A stretch of DNA of 48,663 nucleotides from Deltaproteobacteria bacterium (GCA_016875435.1 VGRE01000002.1:1-48663); one strand, 5' to 3'. Shown: positions 26,085-37,965, counted from the first letter of the stretch. Notes: generated from the sequence alone by a model not told the origin. Made by a program: numbers and translations.

Positions 26085-27166
26085 TAGAACCGGGAAACGA
26101 CACCGTAGAAGTTGCCGAAGTCGGTGCCGTCCGACACCCACAGGTGCTCTGCGGCGTTGCTGCCGTGAATCACGCGCCAGATCACCTGGTAGGCGCCCGC
26201 GGTGGCGCTCACGTAGAACTCGGGACGGTCAGGGTCGTCGGCGTCCACGGCCATCATGAACGGGCTCCAGTCCTCGTCGGACCACTCGTCCTGGAGCACC
26301 CACGCGGTGCCCTCCAGCCGGAAGATGCCCACGCCGGCCGCCGAGGTGGCCGGGACGTACCATCCGCCATCGTCGCCGTGAGCCCCCGAGATGACGCCGT
26401 AGAGCGCGGGGTTGGCGAAGTCGGGCTTGACCACGTAGGCGAAGCCATCCTCCCGGTGGTAGGTCGCGAAGCCGCCGAAGTAGTCGAAGAGGCCGACAGT
26501 GCCGGTGAGTGGGTCGGAGGCGAGGCCGATCGGGTAGAACTCGGTCTCGGGGTCCCACGAGGCCAGGTCGGTGACGGTGCCGTCGCTCGCCACCGTCGAG
26601 AGCCGGTCGGCCAGCACCACGTACAGGGTGCCATCGGGCGTGACCGTGACCGCGTAGGGAGGCCAGTCCGCCTCGCTGAAATCGGCGAGTTGCGTGCAGG
26701 TGCCATCGGTGGCCACGTGGCTCACCGCCGCCAGGTTGTCGTTGACGTACCAGCCGCCATCCGGCGCGGCGTCGAGGAAGATCGGGATGCAGTCACCGGC
26801 CTGCACGTCGGCTTCCAGCCGGCCGATGTGGTCGATCTGGTAGATGTGACCTTCCCCCCCGCTGGTGACGTAGGCAACGTCGACGCCCTTGAAGTCCTCG
26901 TCCACGCGCCCGTCGCAGTCGTTGTCGAGCCCGTCGTCGTCGTCCTCTTCTCGCGCGGGCGAGACCCTCGGCTCGGCGTCGTCGCAGTCGCCGTCGGCGG
27001 GCGAGAAGCCGTCGTCGTCCTGGTCGTCGTCGGTGTCGACGGTGTCGACGGTGTCGGTGTCGCCTCCGCCGCCCTCGCCGGTATCGCCGGTGTCCTTCTC
27101 CGGGAGGCTCACGCCGGCCTCGAGGTTGTTGCAGGCGGCCAGGGACAGGATCACGAGCGTGCGCAT
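26081..27166 (-). CDS. lipoprotein with an Asp-rich linker, one MopE-type Cys/Asp metal-binding motif and a beta-rich C-terminal domain
   Basis: Lipobox [34 protein letters not shown] linker. [25 protein letters not shown] motif. About 250 aa of W/Y/G/D-rich repeats. Confidence 0.75.
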   Translation of the reverse strand: MRTLVILSLAACNNLEAGVSLPEKDTGDTGEGGGGDTDTVDTVDTDDDQDDDGFSPADGDCDDAEPRVSPAREEDDDDGLDNDCDGRVDEDFKGVDVAYVTSGGEGHIYQIDHIGRLEADVQAGDCIPIFLDAAPDGGWYVNDNLAAVSHVATDGTCTQLADFSEADWPPYAVTVTPDGTLYVVLADRLSTVASDGTVTDLASWDPETEFYPIGLASDPLTGTVGLFDYFGGFATYHREDGFAYVVKPDFANPALYGVISGAHGDDGGWYVPATSAAGVGIFRLEGTAWVLQDEWSDEDWSPFMMAVDADDPDRPEFYVSATAGAYQVIWRVIHGSNAAEHLWVSDGTDFGNFYGVVSRFY

Positions 27167-27202
27167 CGGCGAAAGGTAGCTGTTCCGGCGCGCGGAGGTT
27201 GG

Positions 27203-27218
27203 CTGAACTTGCGTTCAG
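27203..27218. promoter_or_regulatory. candidate LexA (SOS) box upstream of uvrB
   Basis: Perfect palindrome CTGAAC-TTGC-GTTCAG with a GAAC-N4-GTTC core. It matches 16 of 17 positions of the consensus I recall for Myxococcus (CTRHAMRYBYGTTCAGS). It lies 26 nt upstream of the uvrB ATG. Confidence 0.6.
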
Positions 27219-27243
27219 GTTACCCGGCGATTACCCGGGGCCC

Positions 27244-29232
<1,989 letters not shown>

Positions 29233-29277
29233 CCCCGCGGCGCGCAGGTTAGCGGCGTTGCCCCCGGAGCCAGTCCC

Positions 29278-30574
29278 ATGCCCGCCCCCGTCGCCACCAT
29301 CGCCGCTCTCGCCGCCCACGAGGGCCAGCTCGTCACCCTGCGCGGCTGGCTCTACAACTCCGCCGGCAAGGGCAAGATCCTCTTCATCCAGCTGCGCGAC
29401 GGCACGGGCATCGTCCAGTGCGTGTGCAACAAGGCGGAGCTGGGCGACGAGCTGTTCGAGGCGCTCAAGCACCTCGGCCAGGAGTCGAGCCTCATCGTCG
29501 AGGGCGCCGTCCGAGGACGCGCGCAGCAAGCTCGGCTTCGAGCTGCACGTCAGCGCGGCGCGCATCGTCACCCCAGCCACGGGCTACCCCATCACCCCCA
29601 AGGAGCACGGTCCCGCCTTCCTTCACGACCACCGGCACCTGTGGGTGCGATCGCGACGCCAGGCTGCCATCCTGCGGGTCCGTCACCTCGCGGTGCAGGC
29701 CATCCGCAACTACTTCGACGGCCACGGCTTCACGCTGTTCGACGCGCCGATCTTCACCCCCAACGCGTGCGAGGGAACCAGCACGCTGTTCGAGACCGAC
29801 TACTTCGGCCGTCCCGCCTACCTGTCGCAGTCGGGGCAGCTCTATGGCGAGGCCGGGGCCCTGGCGCTCGGCAAGGTCTACGTGTTCGGGCCCACCTTCC
29901 GCGCCGAGAAGTCAGGCACGCGCCGCCACCTCACCGAGTTCTGGATGGTCGAGCCCGAGATCGCCTGGGCGCAGCTGGAAGAGATCATGGACCTCGCAGA
30001 AGACTTCCTCGTCGAGTGCACCGGTCACGTGGTGGAGCACGGTCGCGGCGCACTCCAGGAGCTCGAGCGCGACATCTCCATCCTCGAGAACGTGCGCAAG
30101 CCCTTCCCGCGCATGAGCTACGACGAGGCCTGCAAGATCCTCTCGGAGATCGGCCACCCCGTGGAGCCCGAGGACGACTTCGGCAGCCCCCACGAGACCG
30201 AGCTCACCAAGCGCTACGATCGCCCGATCATGGTGCACCGCTACCCCACGGCGGTGAAGGCCTTCTACATGAAGGAAGACCCGGCCAACCCGGTGCGGGC
30301 GCTAGGGGTCGACGTGCTCGCCCCCGAGGGCTACGGCGAGATCATCGGCGGCGGCGAGCGCGAAGACCGGATCGACGTGCTCCTGCGCAAGATCGAGGAG
30401 CACAAGCTTCCGATGTCGAGCTTCGAGTGGTACCTCGACCTGCGTCGCTACGGTTCGGTGCCGCACGGCGGTTTCGGCCTCGGGCTGGAGCGCTTCGTCA
30501 CCTGGATGTGCGGCATTCCCCACATCCGGGAAACGGTGCCTTTTCCACGCACCATCGACCGGCTCAGCCCTTGA
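29278..30574 (+). pseudogene. asnS: asparagine--tRNA ligase with a frame break near 29512 (frameshifted; possibly an assembly indel)
   Basis: The N-terminal OB-fold ([38 protein letters not shown]) is in the frame of 29278. The rest ([48 protein letters not shown]) is in the frame of 29258. Confidence 0.85.
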
Positions 30575-31122
30575 CGCGCCTCGCGCACCTCCGTGGCCTC
30601 TTGCAGTCGCTCGAGGTGACCGACGCCACCGAGGCCCGGCACGCCGCCGACTGCCTCGCGCTCGCGGCCGCCGAGGGCGACCCCTTCGGCCGCGACCACT
30701 GGGTGCCCGGACACTTCACCGCCAGCGCCTTCGTGCTCTCCCCCGACGAGGCCGACGTGCTGCTCATCTTCCACGAGAAGTTTCGCCGCTGGCTGCAGCC
30801 CGGCGGCCACGTGGAGCCGGGCGACCCCGACATCGTCGCGGCGGCGCGCCGGGAGATCGAGGAGGAGACGGGGCTCGTCGACATCGAGGCCGTGGGGAGC
30901 GGCCTCTTCGACGTCGACGTGCACGAGATCCCCGCCCGCAAGGGCGACCCGGCTCACCGCCACTTCGACGCGCGGGTTTGTTTCCGCGCTCGCTCGCGCG
31001 AGCTTGTCGCGGGCACCGACGCGCTTGCCGCGCGCTGGGTGCCACTCGGCGAGGTGTCGGCGGTGGAGTCGGACGACTCGGTGATGCGGGCGGTTCAGAA
31101 ACTATTGGCGAGGAAGGGCTAG
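30571..31122 (+). CDS. NUDIX hydrolase
   Basis: The TTG at 30571 overlaps the asnS TGA. Nudix box [25 protein letters not shown]. The ORF track merges it with the asnS 5' frame (29278..31122). Confidence 0.8.
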   Translation: MTRLAHLRGLLQSLEVTDATEARHAADCLALAAAEGDPFGRDHWVPGHFTASAFVLSPDEADVLLIFHEKFRRWLQPGGHVEPGDPDIVAAARREIEEETGLVDIEAVGSGLFDVDVHEIPARKGDPAHRHFDARVCFRARSRELVAGTDALAARWVPLGEVSAVESDDSVMRAVQKLLARKG

Positions 31123-32037
31123 ATGCGACCACTTCCATCGCCGGAGCTCGCCTCCGCCCTCGCCGCCCGGCTGGGCGCGCCGCTCCATGGGACCGACCGC
31201 GAGCTCAGCGGCGTGGCCACCCTCGCCGAGGCCACGTCGGCCGACCTCGCCTTCCTCGAGAAGGGCGAACCCGGGAACGCCGGGGTGCTCCTCGCCCGCA
31301 GGCCCTTGGAGGGGCGCGCGACGATCGTCGTGCCGTCGCCGATCCTGGCGCTTGCCGATTTGCTCGAGGGCTGGTTCCGGGAGGCGCCCCCTGGGGGCGC
31401 CATCCACTCCTCGGCGCGGGTCCACCCGGGCGCCGTGCTCCATCCCAACGTCTGCGTGGGTGCAGACTGCGAAGTGGGCGAGGGAAGCGTATTGTTTCCC
31501 GGCGTGGTGCTCTATGCCCGGGTGCGTATCGGTCGCAACGTTCGGGTGCATGCCAACGCCGTGCTGGGCGCCGACGGCTTCCGCTACGAGCCGACCGCCC
31601 TGGGCCTGCGTCGTATCCCCCACGTTGGCGGCGTGGTCGTGGGCGACGGCGCCGAGATCGGCGCCAATACCTGCATCGATCGCGGTCTCCTCGGCGACAC
31701 CGTCATCGGGGCTGGCGCGAAGGTCGACAATCTCGTCCAGGTGGGTCACAACTGCGTGATCGGCCCTCACGCGGTGCTGGTGTCCCAGGTGGGCCTCTCG
31801 GGTTCGGTCCAGGTGGGCGCGGGCGCGATCCTCGCTGGCCAGGTGGGGGTGGCCGACCACCGGCGCATCGGCGATGGCGCCCGGCTGGGCGCGCGGACCG
31901 CGGTGCACACCGACATTCCGGCCGGCGAGACTTGGCTCGGCGAACCAGCGCGACCGGTGCGCGAGGCGATGAGGGTCTACGCCGCGCTGAAGTACCTCCC
32001 TGAGCTGGTGAAGCGGCTGGGTCGCGACGGCGGATAA
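31123..32037 (+). CDS. lpxD: UDP-3-O-acylglucosamine N-acyltransferase
   Basis: 304-aa ORF. LpxD-like N-domain (ATLAEATSADLAFLE). Long left-handed beta-helix hexapeptide run (IGRNVRVHANAVLGADGF..VVVGDGAEIGANTCID..). Confidence 0.85.
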   Translation: MRPLPSPELASALAARLGAPLHGTDRELSGVATLAEATSADLAFLEKGEPGNAGVLLARRPLEGRATIVVPSPILALADLLEGWFREAPPGGAIHSSARVHPGAVLHPNVCVGADCEVGEGSVLFPGVVLYARVRIGRNVRVHANAVLGADGFRYEPTALGLRRIPHVGGVVVGDGAEIGANTCIDRGLLGDTVIGAGAKVDNLVQVGHNCVIGPHAVLVSQVGLSGSVQVGAGAILAGQVGVADHRRIGDGARLGARTAVHTDIPAGETWLGEPARPVREAMRVYAALKYLPELVKRLGRDGG

Positions 32038-32046
32038 GGTCCGCCC

Positions 32047-33894
32047 ATGTGGTTGTTCCTCCTCGCCTGCGCCCCTGAAGACACCAGTAAGGACAGCGTC
32101 GCCGACACCGAAGACACCAGCGTCGTCGACGATGGTGACCGCGACGGCGACGGCGTGCCGGACGAGGCGGACTGCGATCCCGACAACAACAACGTGTACC
32201 CGGGGCACGCCGAGATCCCCTACAACGGCCGCGACGACGACTGCGACGGGTACGACCTCACCGACGTGGATGGCGACGGCTACGACGGCGACAGCATGGA
32301 GGGCGGCACCGACTGCGACGACAGCAACCCGACGGTGAACCCCGGCGCGCCGGAGGCCTGCTACAACGAGCTCGACGACAATTGCGATGGGTGGGAGGGC
32401 GGCAACGATTGCGACGGCGACGGGTGGGAGCGCGGGCGCGATTGCGACGACGAGGACCCCGGCGTTCACCCCGAGCAGGTGGAGGTCTGGTACGACGGCA
32501 TCGACGCCGATTGCGAGGGCGACGACGACTACGACCAGGACCACGACGACGAGCAGGCCAGCGACTACGGCGGCACCGACTGCAACGACCTCGATGCCGC
32601 CATCAACGCGGCTGCCGCCGAGCTCTGGAACGGCATCGACGACGACTGCGAGGGCAGCATCGATGGCATGAGCGACGCCGTGCGCACCATGGAGGCCGTG
32701 GGCGACAGCGGCGCCGGCGAGGGCATGTTTGGCGCGGCGCTGGCGTTCGTGCCCGACATCGACGGCGACGGTCGCATGGAGCTGGCGATCGGCGCGCCGC
32801 AGACCAGCGACTATGCCGGCCGGGTGTGGATCCTCCCCACCGAAGACGGCAACATCACCGCCTCGCTGGAGGGCCTCGCCGTCGGCAACGGAGAGGCCGA
32901 GAGCTACCTCGGCGCGAGCCTGCTCCACGCCAGCGCGGGCGGTGGCACGCTGGCGGTGGGGGCGCCCGCCTTCGGGGCCGACACTGGCGCGGTGTACCTT
33001 CTCGACCCTGCGGCCTTCACCGGCGGCCCCGCTGCGATCAGCTTCGACCTTGCCGTGTCGACCATCGCGCACGCGGAGGCCGGCGGCACGCTTGCCGAGA
33101 CGCGCGACGGCGTGCTGGTGCTCGGCTGCACCACCGGCGCCACGACCACGGCGCTGAGCGCCTGGGACGACGTGCCGGGCGGTCGCCACGGCATCGCCAC
33201 CGCCGATTTCTCGGTGCAGTCCGACCTCGTCACCTGCCTGGCCAGCGGGCTGCTCGGCGACGTGGACGGTGACGGAGGCGACGACATCGGCGTGCTCGTC
33301 GACCGCGGCGATCGCGGCGTGGCGCTGGTGTCGCTGGCCTCCGACGCCATCGACGCCGGCGGCGCCGCCGAGGTGGGCGACTTCGACGCCCACGAGGGCG
33401 CGGGGCTCGACGCGGTGACGAGCCTGCTTGCCCTGCCGGACATCGACGGCGACGGCTACGACGAGGCGGCGCTCAGCGCACCCGGTGCGAGCGCGGCGGC
33501 CACGGGGGACGGCCGCGTGTACGTGGTCCCCGGCGGCGCCTTCGACGGCGCCACGAGCGATCTGCTCGCTGCCGCCACCGCCACCGTGTCGGGCGGCACC
33601 GACAGCGCCGCCTTGCGGGCAAGCGGGCTCGCCGACATCGATGGCGACGGCACCGACGACCTCCTGCTCGGCGCCCCCGGCCCCAGCGAGCTCTATTTCA
33701 CCTCGTTCGCCGCGCTGGCGCTCGGCGGCGACCAGTCGCCGCTTCGCTCCACGCCGAGCTTCACCACGCAGAGCAGCAGCCACCAACTCGGCGTCGCGGC
33801 GCTCGGCGAGGACATCGACCACGACGGCGACACCGACCTCGCCATCTCTACGGGCCGGGTGCCGGGCGGGGTCCTGCTGTTCGCCCAAGAGTAG
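32047..33894 (+). CDS. lipoprotein with four MopE-type Cys/Asp motifs and FG-GAP (integrin-alpha-like) repeats
   Basis: Lipobox FLLAC. Repeats DCDxxNxxVxPGxxExxYNGxDDDCDG x4. At least 5 calcium-loop motifs PDIDGDG/GDVDGDG/ADIDGDG/EDIDHDGD, each followed by LxxGAP. Confidence 0.8.
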   Translation: MWLFLLACAPEDTSKDSVADTEDTSVVDDGDRDGDGVPDEADCDPDNNNVYPGHAEIPYNGRDDDCDGYDLTDVDGDGYDGDSMEGGTDCDDSNPTVNPGAPEACYNELDDNCDGWEGGNDCDGDGWERGRDCDDEDPGVHPEQVEVWYDGIDADCEGDDDYDQDHDDEQASDYGGTDCNDLDAAINAAAAELWNGIDDDCEGSIDGMSDAVRTMEAVGDSGAGEGMFGAALAFVPDIDGDGRMELAIGAPQTSDYAGRVWILPTEDGNITASLEGLAVGNGEAESYLGASLLHASAGGGTLAVGAPAFGADTGAVYLLDPAAFTGGPAAISFDLAVSTIAHAEAGGTLAETRDGVLVLGCTTGATTTALSAWDDVPGGRHGIATADFSVQSDLVTCLASGLLGDVDGDGGDDIGVLVDRGDRGVALVSLASDAIDAGGAAEVGDFDAHEGAGLDAVTSLLALPDIDGDGYDEAALSAPGASAAATGDGRVYVVPGGAFDGATSDLLAAATATVSGGTDSAALRASGLADIDGDGTDDLLLGAPGPSELYFTSFAALALGGDQSPLRSTPSFTTQSSSHQLGVAALGEDIDHDGDTDLAISTGRVPGGVLLFAQE

Positions 33895-35644
33895 CGCGGA
33901 ACAGGCGAATCGCGGTCTCGCCGCTCACGACCGCCACCGCCACCATCATGAGGAAGATGAGCCCGGCGTTGAGGTAGCCCTGGAAGCTGGCCATCGGCAG
34001 GAACTTGCGGGTGGCCGCCTGCCAGCCGGCGGTGAGCGTGGTGGTGGCCACGAAGGCGAAGGGGAGAAGCGTGACCCAGGCGTAGCGAGCGCGCCCGCTG
34101 TTGACGATCACCGTGGTGCCGACGCAGAGCGCCACCGCCGCGAGCAGCTGGTTGGCAATGCCGAACATCGGCCAGATCGTGCTGATGTTCCCGGTGAGGA
34201 TGAAGTAGCTCCACCCCGCCACGACGAGGCCGGTGGCGAGCACCGTCCCCGGCATCCAGTCCACCTGCCCGAGCTTCGGGTGGGCGCGCCCGAGGAACTC
34301 CTGCACGAGGAATCGCGCCACGCGGGTGCCGGTGTCGATCGTGGTGAGGATGAACAGCGCCTCGAACATGATCGCGAAGTGGTACCAGTACCCGAGCAGC
34401 GAACTCATCCCGGGTAAACCTGCGAAGATCTGCGCCATGCCCACCGCGAGCGACACGGCGCCGCCCGGGCGCCCGGCGATCGCCTCGCCGATCTCCGTCT
34501 CGAAGGTGGGAAGGTTCACCATCGAGAGCCCCATCTTGGTGAAGTTCTCGGTGGCCACGTTGATCGCGTAGTAGTCGCCCGGGTGGAGGCAGGCCGCCGC
34601 GATGAGCGCGGTGATGCCCACCAACCCCTCCAGCAGCATCGAGCCGTAGGCGATGGGTCGCGCGTGGCTCTCGGCCTTGATCATCTTCGGGGTCGTCCCG
34701 CTCGCCACGAGGCTGTGAAAGCCGCTGATCGCGCCACAGGCGATGGTGATGAACACGAAGGGAAACAGCTTGCCGGGCACGATCGGGCCGCCGCCCGCCG
34801 CGAACTCCGACACGGCCGGCGCGTGGAGCTCGGGGTTCACCACCAGCACGCCCACCACCAGCGCCGCGATGGTGCCGAGCTTCATGTAGGAGCTCAGGTA
34901 GTCGCGAGGGCAGAGCAGGAGCCAGACCGGCAGCACGCTCGCCACGAAGCCGTAGGCGGCGATGGCGTAGGTGATGCCGTCTTTGCTGAGGCTGAACCAC
35001 GGGGCGAGGCTGCTCGCCGCTACTTTCTCGCCGAGCACCACCGCCCCCAGCAGGCCGAGCACGCCTGCGATGCTCGCGGTGCGCACGTCGCCCACGCGGA
35101 TCCGGTACATGTAGATGCCCATCGCGAAGGCCAGCGGGATCGACATCGCGATGGTGAAGGTGCCCCACGCGCTCTCGAAGAGCGCGTTGACCACGGCCAG
35201 CCCGAGGCCCGCGAGCGCGATGACGACGATGAAGAGGATGGCGAAGCTGGTGATGGCCCCGGAAACGGGGGACAGCTCGCTCCTCGCGATCTCGGCGAGC
35301 GACTTGCCATCACGACGAATGGACGCGGCGAGGATCACCAGGTCGTGCACCGCGCCGCCGAGGCACACGCCGACGAGAATCCACAGATACCCGGGGAGAT
35401 ACCCGAACTGCATCGCCAGTACCGGGCCGATGAGCGGACCGGCCCCGGTGATCGCTGCGAAGTGATGCCCGAACAGCACCCACTTGTGCGTGGGATGGTA
35501 GTCGCGGCCGTCGTCGTAGCGCACGGCTGGGGTCGTGCGCGCATCGTCGAGCACCAGCACCTTCGCGGCGATCCACGCCGAGTAATAGCGGTAGGCTACG
35601 GCGAGCGCCGCCAGGGCGAAGAGCATGAGGGGGAGCGCGGACAT
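33848..35644 (-). CDS. cstA: carbon starvation protein A (peptide/pyruvate transporter family)
   Basis: 598-aa polytopic ORF. CstA N-terminus YRYYSAWIAAKVLVLDD..THKWVLFGHHFAAITGAGPLIGPVLA. Confidence 0.9.
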   Translation of the reverse strand: MSALPLMLFALAALAVAYRYYSAWIAAKVLVLDDARTTPAVRYDDGRDYHPTHKWVLFGHHFAAITGAGPLIGPVLAMQFGYLPGYLWILVGVCLGGAVHDLVILAASIRRDGKSLAEIARSELSPVSGAITSFAILFIVVIALAGLGLAVVNALFESAWGTFTIAMSIPLAFAMGIYMYRIRVGDVRTASIAGVLGLLGAVVLGEKVAASSLAPWFSLSKDGITYAIAAYGFVASVLPVWLLLCPRDYLSSYMKLGTIAALVVGVLVVNPELHAPAVSEFAAGGGPIVPGKLFPFVFITIACGAISGFHSLVASGTTPKMIKAESHARPIAYGSMLLEGLVGITALIAAACLHPGDYYAINVATENFTKMGLSMVNLPTFETEIGEAIAGRPGGAVSLAVGMAQIFAGLPGMSSLLGYWYHFAIMFEALFILTTIDTGTRVARFLVQEFLGRAHPKLGQVDWMPGTVLATGLVVAGWSYFILTGNISTIWPMFGIANQLLAAVALCVGTTVIVNSGRARYAWVTLLPFAFVATTTLTAGWQAATRKFLPMASFQGYLNAGLIFLMMVAVAVVSGETAIRLFRATLGRTAGPRPAPGP

Positions 35645-35691
35645 CGCGGCGGAGTATCGCGCGCCCGCGGCGGGGAGTTAGCGGCGCGCGG

Positions 35692-36744
35692 ATGCGGTTC
35701 GTCGACGAGGTCGAGATCTTGGTGCAGTCGGGCCGGGGCGGCCGGGGCAGCGCCTCGTTTCGTCGCGAGAAGTTCGTGCCTTTCGGCGGTCCCGACGGCG
35801 GCGACGGTGGGCGCGGCGGCCACGTGATCTTCTCGGCGGATGCCGGGCTCGGGTCGCTGCTCGACCTGCGCGGTCGCGCCCAGTGGAAGGCGGCCGATGG
35901 CGCCGCCGGTGGCTTTCGGCAGATGACCGGCGCCGACGGTGACGACCTGGTCGTCCGCGTGCCGCGGGGCACCGTGATCCGGGACGTCGATCAGGACCTC
36001 GTGATCTGCGAGCTGCTCGTCGCCGCCGAGTCGCGCGTGGTGGTGGAGGGCGGCAAGGGGGGCCTCGGCAACGTCCACTTCAAGACCAGCACCAACCGCG
36101 CGCCTCGCAAGACGACGCCGGGTGGCCCGGGCGAGACGCGGCGGCTGCGCCTGGAACTCAAGCTCGTCGCCGACGTCGGGCTCCTCGGTTTCCCGAACGC
36201 CGGCAAGAGCACCTTGATCTCGGTCATCTCGGCGGCCCGACCGAAGATCGCCGACTACCCTTTCACCACCCTCGTCCCGAACCTGGGCGTCGTCCGCGCG
36301 GGCGACGACAACAGCTACGTCGTGGCCGATATCCCCGGTCTCATCGAGGGCGCGGCGGAGGGCAAGGGGCTCGGGCACCAGTTCCTCAGGCACGTGGAGC
36401 GAACGCGCTTGTTGCTCCATCTCGTCGACGCCAGCGAGGCGCGCGAGGACGACGACCCGGGGGCCACCCCACTGGGACGCTGGCGCGTGCTCCGCGACGA
36501 GCTTCGTCGCTACAGTCAGGCCCTGGCCGATCGCCCGGAGGTGGTGGTGCTCACGAAGATCGACGCGGTCAGTCCTGAGGTGCTCAGCGCCTTGAAGGCC
36601 GAGTTCCTCGCTGCCGGCGTGGAGGGGCTGCACGCGATCAGTGCCGTGAGCGGCCAGGGCGTTACGTCGCTGTCTGCGGCCACATGGGAACGACTGCGTG
36701 AGCTTGCTCCTCCTCTTACCGTCGAAGATCCTCTCGGGGTGTGA
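35692..36744 (+). CDS. obg: GTPase Obg/CgtA
   Basis: Obg fold (GRGGRGSASFRREKF, GGDGGRGG). G1 GFPNAGKST, G3 DIPGLIEGA, G4 TKID. Confidence 0.95.
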   Translation: MRFVDEVEILVQSGRGGRGSASFRREKFVPFGGPDGGDGGRGGHVIFSADAGLGSLLDLRGRAQWKAADGAAGGFRQMTGADGDDLVVRVPRGTVIRDVDQDLVICELLVAAESRVVVEGGKGGLGNVHFKTSTNRAPRKTTPGGPGETRRLRLELKLVADVGLLGFPNAGKSTLISVISAARPKIADYPFTTLVPNLGVVRAGDDNSYVVADIPGLIEGAAEGKGLGHQFLRHVERTRLLLHLVDASEAREDDDPGATPLGRWRVLRDELRRYSQALADRPEVVVLTKIDAVSPEVLSALKAEFLAAGVEGLHAISAVSGQGVTSLSAATWERLRELAPPLTVEDPLGV

Positions 36745-37393
36745 GGCGGAGGAGCGCGAGGTCGTGCCCGAGGTGGACGTGTTCCCGCAGGCCGCCGCCG
36801 AGGTCACCTTCGCGTCCCTCGAGGCGCTGGGCTCGCACCGGCTCGACGCGCGGATCCACACCACCGTCCGCCTCGAGGGCGTGCCGCCGCAGGAGGCGGT
36901 GGAGACGACCAGCCTGCGCTGGCGCGACGCCGAACACTGGCAGGTGTCACGACGTCGCGATGGCGTGCCGTTGAACGAAGTCCTGGCCTGGGAGGGCCGA
37001 GCCTGGACCTCCACCGGCGGGGCGGCGCTGGCCGGCCGGGGTGACGCCGAGCCCTACCGCGCCGATCTCTCCGTGGGCTGGGACCCGTGGCGCCGCGCGC
37101 TCGGCACCACCGCCGACCAGCTCGCCTTCCGGCCGCTTGGCACCGAGTCGATCGAGGGCCGACCGGCCCGGCTCTATGCCGTCGAGACTGGGCAGCCCGA
37201 GGGGGTGAAGGGCCGGCGGATCGAGCGTGTCGAGGGTCGCGTGTGGATCGACGAACTCACCTCCGTGCGCCTGGTGGGCGACGTGACGGTGGCCACCGAG
37301 CACCGGGGCCGCGCGCAGGAGGTGCGCCTGAGCTTCTCCGTGGCCGGCATCGGGGAAGACCCGGGCGTGACGCCTCCCCCGGGGGCCCCTTGA
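36698..37393 (+). CDS. hypothetical lipoprotein
   Basis: GTG at 36698. Lipobox-like LSGC. GC3-rich frame. Overlaps the obg 3' end by 47 nt. No family recognised. Confidence 0.5.
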   Translation: MSLLLLLPSKILSGCEAEEREVVPEVDVFPQAAAEVTFASLEALGSHRLDARIHTTVRLEGVPPQEAVETTSLRWRDAEHWQVSRRRDGVPLNEVLAWEGRAWTSTGGAALAGRGDAEPYRADLSVGWDPWRRALGTTADQLAFRPLGTESIEGRPARLYAVETGQPEGVKGRRIERVEGRVWIDELTSVRLVGDVTVATEHRGRAQEVRLSFSVAGIGEDPGVTPPPGAP

Positions 37394-37413
37394 AGATCGG
37401 TGTTTGCTCAGGT

Positions 37414-37890
37414 ATGCTGCACGGCGCCCACTTGCTGATCTCGCCCGCCGCCATCATCGTCCTCGCTGGCTGGGTGCCCCGTGCCTCGGCTTGCCCCTCC
37501 GACGCCCAGGGCGCGGCGACCCATGTCGACGCGGAGGCGGCCTCGGTCGACGAGATCGTTGCTATGCACGTGGCTCATGGCGCGCCGATGATCGGCTCGA
37601 ACTGCTCGTACAGCACCGGGCTGATGGCGCGCCGCGTGCTGGGCGAGGGGCGCGACTGGACCTTCGTGGGCCAGGTCGAGCCCACGGCCAACGACCTCGC
37701 CTCGCACGTGGCGACCCCCTACCGCACGCGCAGCGCGGGCCAGTCCGCCTTTCTCGTCGCGACCGAGCTGCTCGAGCGCTTGCTCGCGGAAGATCGGACC
37801 GACGCCACGCTCGCCCTGTCGGGCCGCACGCTCGACGTCGACGGCGTCACCTACGTGGTCCTCACGTCGTACCGGGTGGTCAACTCATGA
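37414..37890 (+). CDS. hypothetical secreted protein
   Basis: ATG at 37414 within the 37087..37890 ORF. Hydrophobic N-terminus (LLISPAAIIVLAGWVPRASA). No family recognised. Confidence 0.5.
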   Translation: MLHGAHLLISPAAIIVLAGWVPRASACPSDAQGAATHVDAEAASVDEIVAMHVAHGAPMIGSNCSYSTGLMARRVLGEGRDWTFVGQVEPTANDLASHVATPYRTRSAGQSAFLVATELLERLLAEDRTDATLALSGRTLDVDGVTYVVLTSYRVVNS

Positions 37891-37965
37891 GGAGGCCTCA
37901 TCCGTCCAAGTGAACTTGCGCGCGCGGCTGCTGAGGCTGCAGCGGCCCGGAAGGCCGAGGACATC

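Noticed and set aside
27199-27213. TTGGCTGAACTTGCG as a sigma54 -24/-12 promoter for uvrB
   Set aside because: The GG-to-GC spacing is 2 nt too short. The same bases form a perfect GAAC-N4-GTTC palindrome, which is better read as a LexA box.
31102-33888. 928-aa minus-strand ORF
   Set aside because: It is antisense to lpxD and the MopE/FG-GAP lipoprotein gene. The translation is V/A/G/R-rich repeats that mirror the D/G-rich sense strand.
33848-33894. Two gene overlaps of identical 47-nt length (FG-GAP/cstA at 33848-33894 and obg/lipoprotein at 36698-36744)
   Set aside because: One pair is convergent and the other co-directional. The sequences are unrelated, and the second depends on an uncertain GTG start. 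This is most likely coincidence.
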